Positions 21,724 to 32,529 are shown, counted from the stretch's first letter. The stretch is 64,000 bases of DNA from Wigglesworthia glossinidia (GCA_030827005.1 JAVBJL010000004.1:7559-71558), one strand, 5' to 3'. Notes: generated from the sequence alone by a model not told the origin. Made by a program: numbers and translations.

Positions 21724-22041
21724 ATGAATATTAATAATAAAATATTAGACACTATGCATTTATTAAAATCCAACTTAGATTTAGAATTTAACACAGATAC
21801 GCAATATAATCTTCGTTCTAAAAGCTTTTTAAGTATTTTTAGCGAAAGTATAAAAAAAATTAATGCACTAGAAGCTCGGTCAGAAAATACATCAAAAAAA
21901 TTCGAATTAGGCAGTAGAGACGTCGAGCTACACGATGTTGTTTTAGATATGCAAAAAGCGTCAATAGCTTTACATTTTGGAATTCAAGCAACTAACAAGT
22001 TGATCGGAGCTTACCAAGAAATTATGAATATGAATATATGA
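21724..22041 (+). CDS. fliE: FliE
   Basis: LHDVVLDMQKASIALHFGIQATNKLIGAYQEIMNM; divergent from fliF. Confidence 0.97.
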   Translation: MNINNKILDTMHLLKSNLDLEFNTDTQYNLRSKSFLSIFSESIKKINALEARSENTSKKFELGSRDVELHDVVLDMQKASIALHFGIQATNKLIGAYQEIMNMNI

Positions 22042-22061
22042 TGCACAAAACCGTTATTATT

Positions 22062-22454
22062 TTACTTAATGGAACTCCAGGCGGAAGATATTTTCCTTAG
22101 CAAAAAGTCTACGTGTCGTATTTTCTTTGTATCATTTTTTAGATTTGCTTCTGTCAATACACAAATACAGTATACGTACAAACTTTTTAAGTTACGAACA
22201 AGAAAAAAGTTATCGTCTTTCTTTAGTGCAGGTATAAGTCCTGACGCGATAATAGAGATAGCATACGAAATTGATTCTCCCTTCATAGGGGTTTTTTTAT
22301 TTTGTATCAAAAATACTGCTCTTTTAAGTTCTGAATGTAATATTTCGAATAAGATTTCAATTAATTCTTTTGGATTAGCGTTTAGAACCTTTTCTTTTAA
22401 AGAATGAAGGTTCAATTTTTTATAAATATTAATTGCACATCGATTCTGATACAT
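22062..22454 (-). CDS. fliS: Flagellin chaperone FliS (start refined to MYQN)
   Basis: KGESISYAISII; NLKSLYVY; ANLKND; AW; GGAG upstream of the ATG. Confidence 0.93.
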   Translation of the reverse strand: MYQNRCAINIYKKLNLHSLKEKVLNANPKELIEILFEILHSELKRAVFLIQNKKTPMKGESISYAISIIASGLIPALKKDDNFFLVRNLKSLYVYCICVLTEANLKNDTKKIRHVDFLLRKISSAWSSIK

Positions 22455-22483
22455 ATCCACACGCTCCAATTTTATATGTAGAT

Positions 22484-23968
22484 CTAATTTTTATTAGACG
22501 ATAATATCATGCTAATTTGTTTGCTAATTGATTCTGTTTTAGTTAAAAAAACATCTAATTTTTGAAATTGCACCTGATACAAATTCATTTTATTTTGAAT
22601 CATTTGTTGTGTATGTAAAATATTTTTATGTATCATTTGATTTTGCATTTCTAAATCTTTAATTTCATATTGGATAATACTTGCGCCATCTGATTTTTTG
22701 TCGTTATTAATATGTTCTTGAATCACTTGTGACATTTGTTTAATAAAACCTATTTGATCTTTTTTTCCGATAAGGAATTCTTTAACTTTAATCCAATCCA
22801 TATGAATATGTTTATTTAATTTATCCTGATCAAAAATTAATTTTCCGGTTTTTTTTTCTATATTTATTCCTAGATCTGTTAAGGAAGAAATTTTAGTCTT
22901 TTTATAGTCACAATAATTTATTAACGTACATTTTTTTAAACGATCAATTAAATGTGTTAATACGCTATCTCCAAATAAAGAACAGCTATCTAATTGACTT
23001 TTAGATTTATTTTTTAGATACGAATTTTCATTATTTTCTGGTATAAATTTTTTCAATTCTAAAGCTTGATCTAAAAATTTATTAAAACTTAGAACAAATT
23101 CTTTTAAGCTTTTTGATACAAGAGTTTTATCTAAAACAAATTGTAGTTTTTCTCCTTCATTAAATATTTTCGAATTATTTTTTGACGTTTTGATTAAGTT
23201 TAAGCTAACATTTTTTATTATATCTTTAATTGTATTATTTTCGCGGTAATATTTTATTCCATCAATTTTTACAATTGATCCTTGTGCTTTTTGATTTTCT
23301 TGTATCTTAGATTTTTTAGTTTGAACTGCATTTTTGTCGTTTTTTGGAAAATGCAACAGATCATCTAGTTGACTATCTCCTTCAACATTAATTGCTAATT
23401 TTCCATTTGATCCGAATATGTTCGATTTGATTACTAAACAATTCTCTTTAAAATTAGTAATATTAACTTCAGCATTTACGTTCAAAGCGAACTTATTTAT
23501 TGCTTTTGCTATTTTATCTAAAGTTGTATCATTTTTATTAAGTTTAATTCTTGTCGTTTTTACCGTATTATTTTTTTTATCTCCTTGAGTAATATTTAAA
23601 TAACGCACATTTTCTGAATTTCCTAAAATTATGTTTGATGCTTTTTGCAAAGATAAAGACAGAACATGTTTTTTTGCTAATTGTATTACTTCTACCTGAT
23701 ACGAGTTTTCAGAATTTCCTCCGGTTGCGACAAAACATTCATTTTCATTCGGTTTAAAAGAAGAAAAAGATTGCGAATCGATATCTAATTTTTGTAATAT
23801 ATTTTGTAATAGATAATGAACTTTTCCCCATGCACTTATTTTACTTTTTATTTTTTCTGTTTTAATCTGCAGTGGTTTTAATCTTAAATTTTCAACTTCT
23901 TTTAAGTGCTGAATTAATTCGGATGTAGCACCCCTTGATCCAATACCTAGCATGGATATATTAGCCAT
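22484..23968 (-). CDS. fliD: Filament cap FliD (start refined to MANISMLGIG)
   Basis: FliD N-terminus; LTDLGI..GKLIFD; QFQKLD; AGGA upstream; a sigma28 promoter lies within the longer called ORF. Confidence 0.92.
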   Translation of the reverse strand: MANISMLGIGSRGATSELIQHLKEVENLRLKPLQIKTEKIKSKISAWGKVHYLLQNILQKLDIDSQSFSSFKPNENECFVATGGNSENSYQVEVIQLAKKHVLSLSLQKASNIILGNSENVRYLNITQGDKKNNTVKTTRIKLNKNDTTLDKIAKAINKFALNVNAEVNITNFKENCLVIKSNIFGSNGKLAINVEGDSQLDDLLHFPKNDKNAVQTKKSKIQENQKAQGSIVKIDGIKYYRENNTIKDIIKNVSLNLIKTSKNNSKIFNEGEKLQFVLDKTLVSKSLKEFVLSFNKFLDQALELKKFIPENNENSYLKNKSKSQLDSCSLFGDSVLTHLIDRLKKCTLINYCDYKKTKISSLTDLGINIEKKTGKLIFDQDKLNKHIHMDWIKVKEFLIGKKDQIGFIKQMSQVIQEHINNDKKSDGASIIQYEIKDLEMQNQMIHKNILHTQQMIQNKMNLYQVQFQKLDVFLTKTESISKQISMILSSNKN

Positions 23969-24000
23969 CTTGTATTCCTGAATTTTTGGTTTACTATATT

Positions 24001-24027
24001 GTATAGGTACGATATCTAAAAAGTTTA
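24001..24027 (-). promoter_or_regulatory. sigma28 promoter of fliDS
   Basis: Minus strand TAAACTTT-N11-ACCTATAC. Confidence 0.6.
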
Positions 24028-24123
24028 AGTACATATCAATTTGAGATAATCAAAAAAAATATTAAAGGTTTAAAAAAATCTGAAAAGATTAAATAATGCA
24101 ACGTAAAAAATTATCATATTTTT

Positions 24124-24150
24124 TAAAGCTTTATCGATCTAAGCCGATAT
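24124..24150 (+). promoter_or_regulatory. sigma28 promoter of fliC
   Basis: TAAAGCTT-N11-GCCGATAT, near consensus; followed by SD AGGGAG. Confidence 0.9.
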
Positions 24151-24206
24151 CCCTATCGTATTATTGCAACATTCAATAAAACTTCGCATAAAATAGGGAG
24201 TCGTAC

Positions 24207-25475
24207 ATGTCTCATGTAATTAACACTAACATGCTATCTATAACCGCTCAGAATAATCTAAATAAATCGCAAACTTTTCTCAACACAGCTATTCAAAGAT
24301 TATCCTCTGGTCTAAGAATTAATAGTTCTAAAGACGACGCTGCCGGTCAAGCAATTAGTAATAGATTTACATCACTTATTAACGGATTAGGACAAGCAGC
24401 AAGAAATGCAAATGATGGAATTGCAGTTGCTCAAACGGCAGAAGGAGCAATTAATGAAATTAACGAAAACATGCATGCCATTCGAAGACTGACTGTGCAA
24501 ATTAAATCTACCGCTTCAGTTTCTAAAGCAGATAAAAAATCAATTCAAGATGAAATAAAAAAACGTCTTAACGAAATTGATCGCCTATCAGAACAAACAG
24601 AATTTAACGGAATGAAAATTCTAAGTCAAAATCAAAGCCTCATGGTACAAATAGGAGCAAATGACAGTCAAGTAGTCAATATAGATTTGTTTAAATTAAA
24701 TACAGAATCTTTAAACATTAAAGATTTTAACGTAAATTCAGACGCGCTATACGCATCTGATATAAGCGAAAGTGAAGTTTTAAATGCTAAAGTTGGAGTA
24801 GAAGCAACAAAAATATTAGACGCTAGCACTCCGGAAAATAAGAAAAACATACAACGCCAGCTATATGAATCAAACGGAGAATATTTTTTCAAACAAATCG
24901 ATGGAAACGAATATTATAAAGTTGAAATATCAAATACAGGAGAAGCGAAATATAACTCATCTACCGTGGCAGAATTAACTCAAAATCCTCCAAAAGCAGT
25001 CAAAAAAGCCGAAATCACAGTAGAAATTGATTCAAAAACTATAGCAGCAGGGGAAATGCTAAAATCTTATATGAAAGACGGAGTAGAGCAGTATCTAATA
25101 TACAAAAAAGAAGGAGATAAAGAAATTTATCACGAAGCAATTATTAGTAACACAGGAAAAGTAAAAAAAGGATCCGAGTTGATTTTTGAAACACTATTAA
25201 CCATGGATCCATTGAAAGAAATAGACAATGCTATTGCAAAAATAGACGATATACGAGGATCTTTAGGAGCAACTCAAAACCGACTAGGATCTGTAATTAA
25301 TAGTTTAAGCACTACAATAGCAAATTTAACACAATCAAGATCTAATATTTTAGATGCAGATTTTGCAACAGAAGTTTCCAATATGAATCGCGCTAATATA
25401 CTGCAACAAGCAGGAACAGCAGTTTTAGCTCAAGCCAATGCAGTTCCACAAAATATTTTAGCGTTGCTGAGATAA
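24207..25475 (+). CDS. fliC: Flagellin
   Basis: VINTN..AQNNLNKSQ; RLSSGLRINSSKDDAAG; ILQQAGTAVLAQANAVPQNILALLR. Confidence 0.99.
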   Translation: MSHVINTNMLSITAQNNLNKSQTFLNTAIQRLSSGLRINSSKDDAAGQAISNRFTSLINGLGQAARNANDGIAVAQTAEGAINEINENMHAIRRLTVQIKSTASVSKADKKSIQDEIKKRLNEIDRLSEQTEFNGMKILSQNQSLMVQIGANDSQVVNIDLFKLNTESLNIKDFNVNSDALYASDISESEVLNAKVGVEATKILDASTPENKKNIQRQLYESNGEYFFKQIDGNEYYKVEISNTGEAKYNSSTVAELTQNPPKAVKKAEITVEIDSKTIAAGEMLKSYMKDGVEQYLIYKKEGDKEIYHEAIISNTGKVKKGSELIFETLLTMDPLKEIDNAIAKIDDIRGSLGATQNRLGSVINSLSTTIANLTQSRSNILDADFATEVSNMNRANILQQAGTAVLAQANAVPQNILALLR

Positions 25476-25493
25476 TAAAATATAAACAAAAAA

Positions 25494-25528
25494 ATATGGT
25501 CCTCATAAAAAGGACCATATACTTTTTT
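25494..25528. terminator. Bidirectional intrinsic terminator between fliC and trhO
   Basis: ATATGGTCCT-cataaaa-AGGACCATAT with an A run before and a T run after. Confidence 0.85.
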
Positions 25529-25539
25529 ATATAGAAAAT

Positions 25540-26478
25540 CTAAAGATCTTTATGATTATAGCAATATGAAGAGCAAAACTCGTAAAATTTTTTATTACAC
25601 TGTATACATTGAAGAAAAAGAAAATTACATTTTTTTCTTTGGCAATTTTTATGTAAATATGATTTATTAATTTTGCATTGATAGCAATAAGATATTGTAT
25701 GCGGAGTAATACTTTCATATAAACGTGAATCAAAAACAAACATTTTTCCTATAAATTTTAACGGACTATTTCTTTTTATCATATAATTAACATAATTTAT
25801 GATTCCTCCTTTTAAAAAATATACGTATTCGAATTTATTATGTATCAACCAGGCACTTGCTTTTTCGCAGCGTATTCCGCCTGTACAATATAAAATAATT
25901 TTTTTAAATTTAAAATTTTTTAGAACCGTAGTAATATTTGTTATTTGATTTCTAAAAGTATTTGCAGGAATATGCATTGCATTTTTAAAATGCCCTATTT
26001 CATATTCATAACTATTACGTACATCAACTAGTAAATAATCACACATATTATTAAATTTTTTTATTGATATGCTTTTTCCTATTTTTTTCATGTTAAATGT
26101 GGGATCTGTAATTCCGTCATTTAAAATATATGGTCTTATTTTTATTTTTAATTTGCAAAAAGATTCTACATGATTATCGATAGAAAGATTTAATTTTACT
26201 TTTTTGAAAACTGAATTTAATTCGCATAAAAATTTTTTTAACATATATATATATTTTTGAAAAATACTAATTTGTGCATTAATACCTTCATGTGCAATAT
26301 AAACTCTGCCTAAAATGTTTAATTCATGAAACTTTTGTAATAATATTATTTGAAGTTGTTTTGGATTTTTAATATTAAAATATCGATAGAAAGATATTGT
26401 TTTTTTTATTTGTGAAATACAGATTGATTTTTTATTAAAATTTTCCATATCGGTATTTTCATGATTTAAAATTTTCAT
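25540..26478 (-). CDS. trhO: tRNA uridine(34) hydroxylase TrhO (YceA, rhodanese domain)
   Basis: TISFYRYF; GRVYIAHEGINAQ; YCTGGIRCEKAS; GKMFVFDSR. Confidence 0.95.
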   Translation of the reverse strand: MKILNHENTDMENFNKKSICISQIKKTISFYRYFNIKNPKQLQIILLQKFHELNILGRVYIAHEGINAQISIFQKYIYMLKKFLCELNSVFKKVKLNLSIDNHVESFCKLKIKIRPYILNDGITDPTFNMKKIGKSISIKKFNNMCDYLLVDVRNSYEYEIGHFKNAMHIPANTFRNQITNITTVLKNFKFKKIILYCTGGIRCEKASAWLIHNKFEYVYFLKGGIINYVNYMIKRNSPLKFIGKMFVFDSRLYESITPHTISYCYQCKINKSYLHKNCQRKKCNFLFLQCIQCNKKFYEFCSSYCYNHKDL

Positions 26479-26575
26479 TGTGCACTATTAAATGGTTATA
26501 TTTTTGCAGTATAAAATAAATATATGTGAATTTCAAATTGTATAAATTTAAGTATTTTAAATATACTGATATATA

Positions 26576-29080
26576 TTATTTTGATTGAAGTAAATTTTTT
26601 TTAGATTTTAACCAAATCAAAAAATGTAATCTAGTCAATATAACAGGATCATTTAATATAATTAGACGCTCAAAAATATTGAGTTTTTTAATTCCTTTCA
26701 AGAAAATAATATTTAAATATTTTTGTCTATTTAGTTCAATTAAATTAGAGTTATTGTGTCGCGAAGTTGCAAATGTTACGGCAAGAGCATTATATGCAGG
26801 ATGTATGATAGCTTGTAAAAAACCATTTTTTAATAATCTTGATTGATTAATTTTAAAATATTTTTTAGTATTAATTAATTCTTTTGGAGGAAAGTATTCT
26901 TCTGGAATTAAAAATAAATTTAATTTTTTTAAAAATAAACCTATAGTTGCATAACTTGAATAAACAGATATCATGGGAGACATAATTAATGCACTAAGAA
27001 TTGGAATAAACCAGAATAAATATTCAAAATTTATATAATATACTAGTCCTAAAGTCCAAAAAATACCAAGTACTACCTGGGGCGAGTGGTATTTTAAAGC
27101 ATCATGCCAACTTGTAATATCATTATATCGTTTTGGAGATCTCCATTTTATTGGACGTCCAAAAAATGCGCTAAAAATAAAAAAAGTATGACATACCATT
27201 TTAATAGGGGTGAAAAACATAGAAAGTATAATCTCTAACAGTATCGATAATATAAAACATTTAGTACCTCCGAATGGTTTAGAATTTTTAGTAATAACAA
27301 GCATGATACTAAATAATTTTGGTAAAAATAATAAAAATAAAGTAACAAAAAACAGATCTGTAGCTATTTTTAAATACCAATAAGGAAAAAAGTAAGAATA
27401 AGCATTTATTGTAAAAATGTTTTGAAATTCAACATTATATATTACTTGTAATATTGTGGATAAAATTAAAAATGCCAACCATAAAGGTGCCGATAAATAA
27501 GACATCACTCCAGTTAAAAATACTATTCTATGTACCGGATGTAATCCTTTAACAAGAAATAATTTAAAATTCATCAAGTTTCCATAACACCACCTTCTGT
27601 CTCGTTTTAATTCATCTAATAAGTTAGGTGGCGGTTCTTCATAGCTTCCAGGTATATCGTATGCAATCCATACTCCCCATCCGGCACGACGCATTAATGC
27701 TGCTTCAACAAAATCGTGTGACAAAATAGATCCTGATAGTATTCCTTTGCCTGGAAGAGGAGAAAGAATACAATTTTTAATAAATGGTTTAATGCGAATA
27801 ATAGCATTATGACCCCAATAATGTGATTCTCCTAACTGCCAAAAATGCATTCCAGCTGTAAATAAAGAGCCATATACTCGTGTTGAAAATTGATGATAAC
27901 GTGCATATAGCGTATTCATTCCTGAAGTTTTTGGAATACTTTGAATAATACCTGCTTGAGGATTGGATTCCATAAGTTTTACAAGATGAATCAGACAGCT
28001 TCCACTCATTACACTATCTGCATCTAAAATAATCATATAGGTATATTGATATCCCCATTTTCTACAAAAATCGTCAATATTGCCACTTTTTTGTTTTATA
28101 CGCCTGTGTCTACGACGATAAAAAATTTTGCTAAATCCTTTTGTTTCTTCGCACAGCTCTATCCAGGCTTTTTGTTCTGATACGCAAATGTCTGGATTAT
28201 AACTGTCGCTTAATATATATATATCAAATAATTTAGATTTTCCAGTAGCTAAAATAGATTCATAGGTAGCTTTTAATCCTGCAAATACACGTTCGACATT
28301 TTCATTACAAATTGGCATTAAAATTGCCGTACGATGGTGATAATTTAAATTATTTTTAATATATTTTTTAGAAATATTAAATTTATCATTTTTGATACTT
28401 AATTGAATAAACCCCATAAAAGCAGTCCAAAAACTAGCTGATACCCAAAAAAATAGAATAAAAAATAATATTAATATTGTGATGTGTAGTGTATATAAAA
28501 TAATTTTTTCAAAATATTTTAAAATACTATAATGAAAATTATAAATAAAATGAATACAAGATATATTATGATATAGTAAAATACTATTTAATTTGTATGA
28601 TGCTATTGTAGTTTGTATTAAAATTAATAATAAAAATATATATCTTCTTGTAATTCCAACAATTCTCCATGTTTCTAAATTATATTTTTTTTTACTTTTA
28701 AAAAAAAATTGAATAATTTTTTTTTTACTGAAAAATTTTTTAAAAATTAATACAAATGAATTGATTATCCATGGATTTGGGGCGAGACTAGTGCGTTTAA
28801 TTTTAGGAGTAGATTGCATTATTGGACGACTACAAGAATCTCGAGTAATAGCGTTTTGATAATGGATGATTTTTGGCCAAGCTAATTTGATTCGTTTTTT
28901 TACGGATAACATAGGTGAGTCTTGTAAACAAAATATATTATATTTTTTTTTTCTTTTTTCTTTTAAAGAATTATGTATTTGAAATAATTGTTTATAAGTA
29001 TATTGATATATTTTTTTAGTTAAAATATCAATTTTCTTATTAGAAAATTTTAAAAATTTTATATAATGTGTCTCAATCAA
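26576..29080 (-). CDS. opgH: Glucans biosynthesis glucosyltransferase H (GT2)
   Basis: MPICNE; [10 protein letters not shown]; LDADSVM; [11 protein letters not shown]; [15 protein letters not shown]; RDRRWCYGN. Confidence 0.98.
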   Translation of the reverse strand: MIETHYIKFLKFSNKKIDILTKKIYQYTYKQLFQIHNSLKEKRKKKYNIFCLQDSPMLSVKKRIKLAWPKIIHYQNAITRDSCSRPIMQSTPKIKRTSLAPNPWIINSFVLIFKKFFSKKKIIQFFFKSKKKYNLETWRIVGITRRYIFLLLILIQTTIASYKLNSILLYHNISCIHFIYNFHYSILKYFEKIILYTLHITILILFFILFFWVSASFWTAFMGFIQLSIKNDKFNISKKYIKNNLNYHHRTAILMPICNENVERVFAGLKATYESILATGKSKLFDIYILSDSYNPDICVSEQKAWIELCEETKGFSKIFYRRRHRRIKQKSGNIDDFCRKWGYQYTYMIILDADSVMSGSCLIHLVKLMESNPQAGIIQSIPKTSGMNTLYARYHQFSTRVYGSLFTAGMHFWQLGESHYWGHNAIIRIKPFIKNCILSPLPGKGILSGSILSHDFVEAALMRRAGWGVWIAYDIPGSYEEPPPNLLDELKRDRRWCYGNLMNFKLFLVKGLHPVHRIVFLTGVMSYLSAPLWLAFLILSTILQVIYNVEFQNIFTINAYSYFFPYWYLKIATDLFFVTLFLLFLPKLFSIMLVITKNSKPFGGTKCFILSILLEIILSMFFTPIKMVCHTFFIFSAFFGRPIKWRSPKRYNDITSWHDALKYHSPQVVLGIFWTLGLVYYINFEYLFWFIPILSALIMSPMISVYSSYATIGLFLKKLNLFLIPEEYFPPKELINTKKYFKINQSRLLKNGFLQAIIHPAYNALAVTFATSRHNNSNLIELNRQKYLNIIFLKGIKKLNIFERLIILNDPVILTRLHFLIWLKSKKNLLQSK

Positions 29081-29549
29081 AATACAATCTCATATAATTA
29101 TTTTAGTTGTAAACTAAAATAGTTTAGAACTTAAATTTTTTATAAACTAATTAATTTAAAATAATTTCTATTTATTATTTTAAATTGCTAATATTTATAA
29201 ATATGTTTTTAATACTCAATAAATTTACATTTTTAGTATTCATAATTGAATATTTTAAATTTAATTTTGATAGATTAAATATCTGATATTACTAAAATAT
29301 ATAAAAATTAGTAAATCAATAGTTAGCAAAATTTGTTTAAATATTTTTATTATTTTAAAAAATTTACAACTTTATATATTAACAGTTCGATTATATATAT
29401 TTTATATGTTATTTTAATAAATAACACGACAAGTATGTTACATTTTCAATTAAAATAATTTATTTATTCGATATATCAATTAGTCTACGTCTTAGTTGTA
29501 TACAGAGTTTTGATTGTATACTTCTTTAAATTTTTTTGATATATATGCT

Positions 29550-30299
29550 TTAAAAATTATTCTTCATTTCTCTAAGAGTTTTAAAAATATACCATTCTTC
29601 TTCTAGCAATAAAGATTTTAACTTTCCTTTAAAATCAAAATTATAAGGATTTAAAAAAACATTAATTTGACGTTCTAAGTATAGCATGGATGGTACTATA
29701 GGTTTTTGATGACAAATTAACATTTCTACTTGTTGTTTGTAAAGCGATAATGCTGTATTATCCGGTAATATACTCAATGCAAATTTTAAATTTTGTAAAG
29801 TATATTCGTGTCCCGAACAAATTAATGTCTTTGGAGGAAGCGTATTAATTTTTTTTATTGATGAATGCATTTCGCGAGCACTTCCTTCAAATAATTTTCC
29901 ACATCCTGCAGAAAAAAGAGTATCTCCAGAAAAAAACCATGGAGTAACGTAAAATCCAATATGACCCGACGTATGTCCAGGTAAATCAAATACGTGAAAT
30001 AATTGATTCAATAAAAATAATTTATCTCCCTCTCGTACAATATTAGTTGTACCATTAGTTAATGTCTCTTCAGGTCCATATACAGGAATTTGAAAGATAT
30101 CTTTTAATTTTTGTACGCCATTAACGTGATCATAATGGTGGTGTGTTAGTAATATTGCGATTGGTGTCAATTTTTTTTTTATACATAAATTACATACGGA
30201 ATGATATTCTCCGGGATCAATTATTAAACATTTTTTATTTTCATCATACAATATCCAAATATAATTGTCTTTATATGCTATAATATTAGTTATGTACAT
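29550..30299 (-). CDS. gloB: Hydroxyacylglutathione hydrolase (glyoxalase II)
   Basis: DNYIW; THHHYDHVNG; PGHTSGH; SGDTLFSAGCG; SGHEYT. Confidence 0.97.
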   Translation of the reverse strand: MYITNIIAYKDNYIWILYDENKKCLIIDPGEYHSVCNLCIKKKLTPIAILLTHHHYDHVNGVQKLKDIFQIPVYGPEETLTNGTTNIVREGDKLFLLNQLFHVFDLPGHTSGHIGFYVTPWFFSGDTLFSAGCGKLFEGSAREMHSSIKKINTLPPKTLICSGHEYTLQNLKFALSILPDNTALSLYKQQVEMLICHQKPIVPSMLYLERQINVFLNPYNFDFKGKLKSLLLEEEWYIFKTLREMKNNF

Positions 30300-30641
30300 A
30301 TAATTTCCTTAAATATAATTATAAGTTATTTATTTTTTTTAATATTATGTGATAAATAAAAATTTTATAAAATTAAATTTAATTAATTTTTTTAAAAGAC
30401 AGAGATATATTCTATATGGCATATATTATATTATTCAAATACAATATAAAATTTGATAAAAAATTAATTATTATTTATTTATAAAATACTTATATTTTTT
30501 AAATATATAGAGTATGCATATTATTAATTTTATTTTAATGAAAAATTCATAATATATAAAAAAGTCTATTTTAGATTTATTTTAAATCATCTAGTCGTTG
30601 AATGTTAAAAAATAAATAAATAATAGTATTCGATCACAATT

Positions 30642-31118
30642 TTAACATACTTTTCTATGTTTCTGATATTCTATATCTATAGAGCTTGGATGTTCAGCTG
30701 CAAAACGTGCTAAAGCATCGCATTTGTTGTGTTCTAAATCATTTGTATGTCCTTTAATCCAATTCCAATGAATAAAATGATTTTTAATTAGTAAATCAAG
30801 TTGTTGCCATAAATCGATATTTTTTACAGGCTTATTTTTTTTTGTTTTCCAATTATTACTTTTCCAAAATTGAATCCATTGCGTGATACCATATTTTAAA
30901 TATTTACTATCTGTATTTAAAGTAATATTATGTATTTCCTCTAATGATTCTAAAGCTATAATTGCTGCTAATAACTCCATTCTATTATTAGTTGTAAAAT
31001 AATATCCATTACTGATTTCTTTATATATTCCGTCACCAAATATTAAAATCCCGTATCCTCCTGGTCCAGGATTACCTAAACATGACCCATCTGTAAATAT
31101 TTTAATTTTCTTTTTCAT
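30642..31118 (-). CDS. rnhA: Ribonuclease HI
   Basis: TDGSCLGNPGPGGYG; TNNRMEL; WIKGH. Confidence 0.99.
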   Translation of the reverse strand: MKKKIKIFTDGSCLGNPGPGGYGILIFGDGIYKEISNGYYFTTNNRMELLAAIIALESLEEIHNITLNTDSKYLKYGITQWIQFWKSNNWKTKKNKPVKNIDLWQQLDLLIKNHFIHWNWIKGHTNDLEHNKCDALARFAAEHPSSIDIEYQKHRKVC

Positions 31119-31162
31119 TTTAATATATTAATATTTTAAAAAAATTTAATTATTTTTAATAT

Positions 31163-31909
31163 ATGCAAACTCAAATTGATAGACAAATTGTTTTAGATAC
31201 CGAAACAACTGGAATAAATAAATATGGACCACACTATTATAATCATAAAATTATTGAAATTGGAGCAATAGAAATTATTAATCGTCGATTAACTAATCAA
31301 TGCTTTCATGCATATTTAAAACCTAATCGTTCTGTAGAACTTTCTGCTTTTAAAGTGCACGGTATTAGTGATGAATTTTTATTTGATAAACCTATTTTTT
31401 CTGATATAGCTATAGATTTTATCAATTTTATAAACGGAGCAGAATTAATTATTCATAATGCCAGTTTTGATGTTGGATTTATAAATTATGAACTTGAATT
31501 AATTAAAAAAAATTTTAAGAGCATTACAGAAATTTGTACTGTGACGGATACATTAAAAATGGCGAGAAAAATATTTCCTGGTAAACGTAACAGTCTCGAC
31601 GCATTATCTGAACGGTACGGAATCGATATAAAAAAAAGAATTTTACACGGAGCACTATTAGACGCAGAAATTCTTTCTCATATATATTTATTAATGACAG
31701 GAGGTCAAATTTGTATTAATTTTCCGAAAAAAAGTTTTCATAATGCTGAAAAAAAAAATAATAAAAAACTTTTTATTAAAAATGATATAAATAACATATC
31801 GGTAAGTACTCCAATAATTTATGCAAATTCGGAAGAAATTATTCAACATAAAAAATATATTCAAATGATTAAAAAAAAAACAAAACTCTGTTTATGGGAT
31901 GAATCTTAA
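31163..31909 (+). CDS. dnaQ: DNA polymerase III epsilon
   Basis: DTETTG; HNASFD; HGALLDAE; divergent from rnhA. Confidence 0.99.
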   Translation: MQTQIDRQIVLDTETTGINKYGPHYYNHKIIEIGAIEIINRRLTNQCFHAYLKPNRSVELSAFKVHGISDEFLFDKPIFSDIAIDFINFINGAELIIHNASFDVGFINYELELIKKNFKSITEICTVTDTLKMARKIFPGKRNSLDALSERYGIDIKKRILHGALLDAEILSHIYLLMTGGQICINFPKKSFHNAEKKNNKKLFIKNDINNISVSTPIIYANSEEIIQHKKYIQMIKKKTKLCLWDES

Positions 31910-31935
31910 AAAGATTTAATTATACTAAAATTAAT

Positions 31936-32529
31936 TTATTTAAAAAAATACATTCTATTATAAAGATAATAACTAATACGACCAGTAGTTTTTTTTCTAT
32001 ATATCTTCCAATTTCTTGGTACTATGGGGTCTATATTTATTTTATCCATTTCAACATAAATCCATGATTCATCTTTTAAAAAATAATTTTTTTCTAAAAG
32101 ATAAATTGAATAATTAATTAAATTAGCATTTTTATATGGAGGATCAATAAACACTATATCAAAAGATAATTTTGGTTTTTTCAACCATTTGATGACATCC
32201 ATGGTAATCGCACAAAAATTTTTTGCATTTAAATCATATAATTTTTTAATTAATTTTTTATTTAAAAAAATATTTTTTTCTACAAAAAATACATATTTAG
32301 CATATCTCGATAACGCTTCGCTTCCTAATATTCCAGTGCCAGAAAAACAATCCAGGCAATAAGAATTTTTAATAATTGGCGTTATCCAATTAAATAATGT
32401 TTCTCTTATAACACTTAAAGTTGGGCGTAAATCAATAATTGATGGAACAAAAAATTTTGTATTCTTCCATTTTCCACCAATAATACGAATCTTATGTGTA
32501 TTGAAGTTTTTTTTAATCATTTTAGACAT
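31936..32529 (-). CDS. rsmD: 16S rRNA m2G966 methyltransferase
   Basis: IRIIGGKW; LRPT; RETLFNW; LDCFSGTG; FIDPPY. Confidence 0.96.
   Translation of the reverse strand: MSKMIKKNFNTHKIRIIGGKWKNTKFFVPSIIDLRPTLSVIRETLFNWITPIIKNSYCLDCFSGTGILGSEALSRYAKYVFFVEKNIFLNKKLIKKLYDLNAKNFCAITMDVIKWLKKPKLSFDIVFIDPPYKNANLINYSIYLLEKNYFLKDESWIYVEMDKINIDPIVPRNWKIYRKKTTGRISYYLYNRMYFFK

Noticed and set aside
22069-22407. 112-aa plus-strand ORF beside fliE
   Set aside because: It is antisense to fliS and shows no FliT similarity
24150-24199. TCCCTAT...ATAGGGA pairing that could mask the fliC SD
   Set aside because: The 5' arm lies between the -10 box and the expected TSS, so it is probably not transcribed
30300-30641. 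342-bp gap where yafS lies in E. coli
   Set aside because: Almost pure A/T with no recognisable ORF remnant or RNA structure
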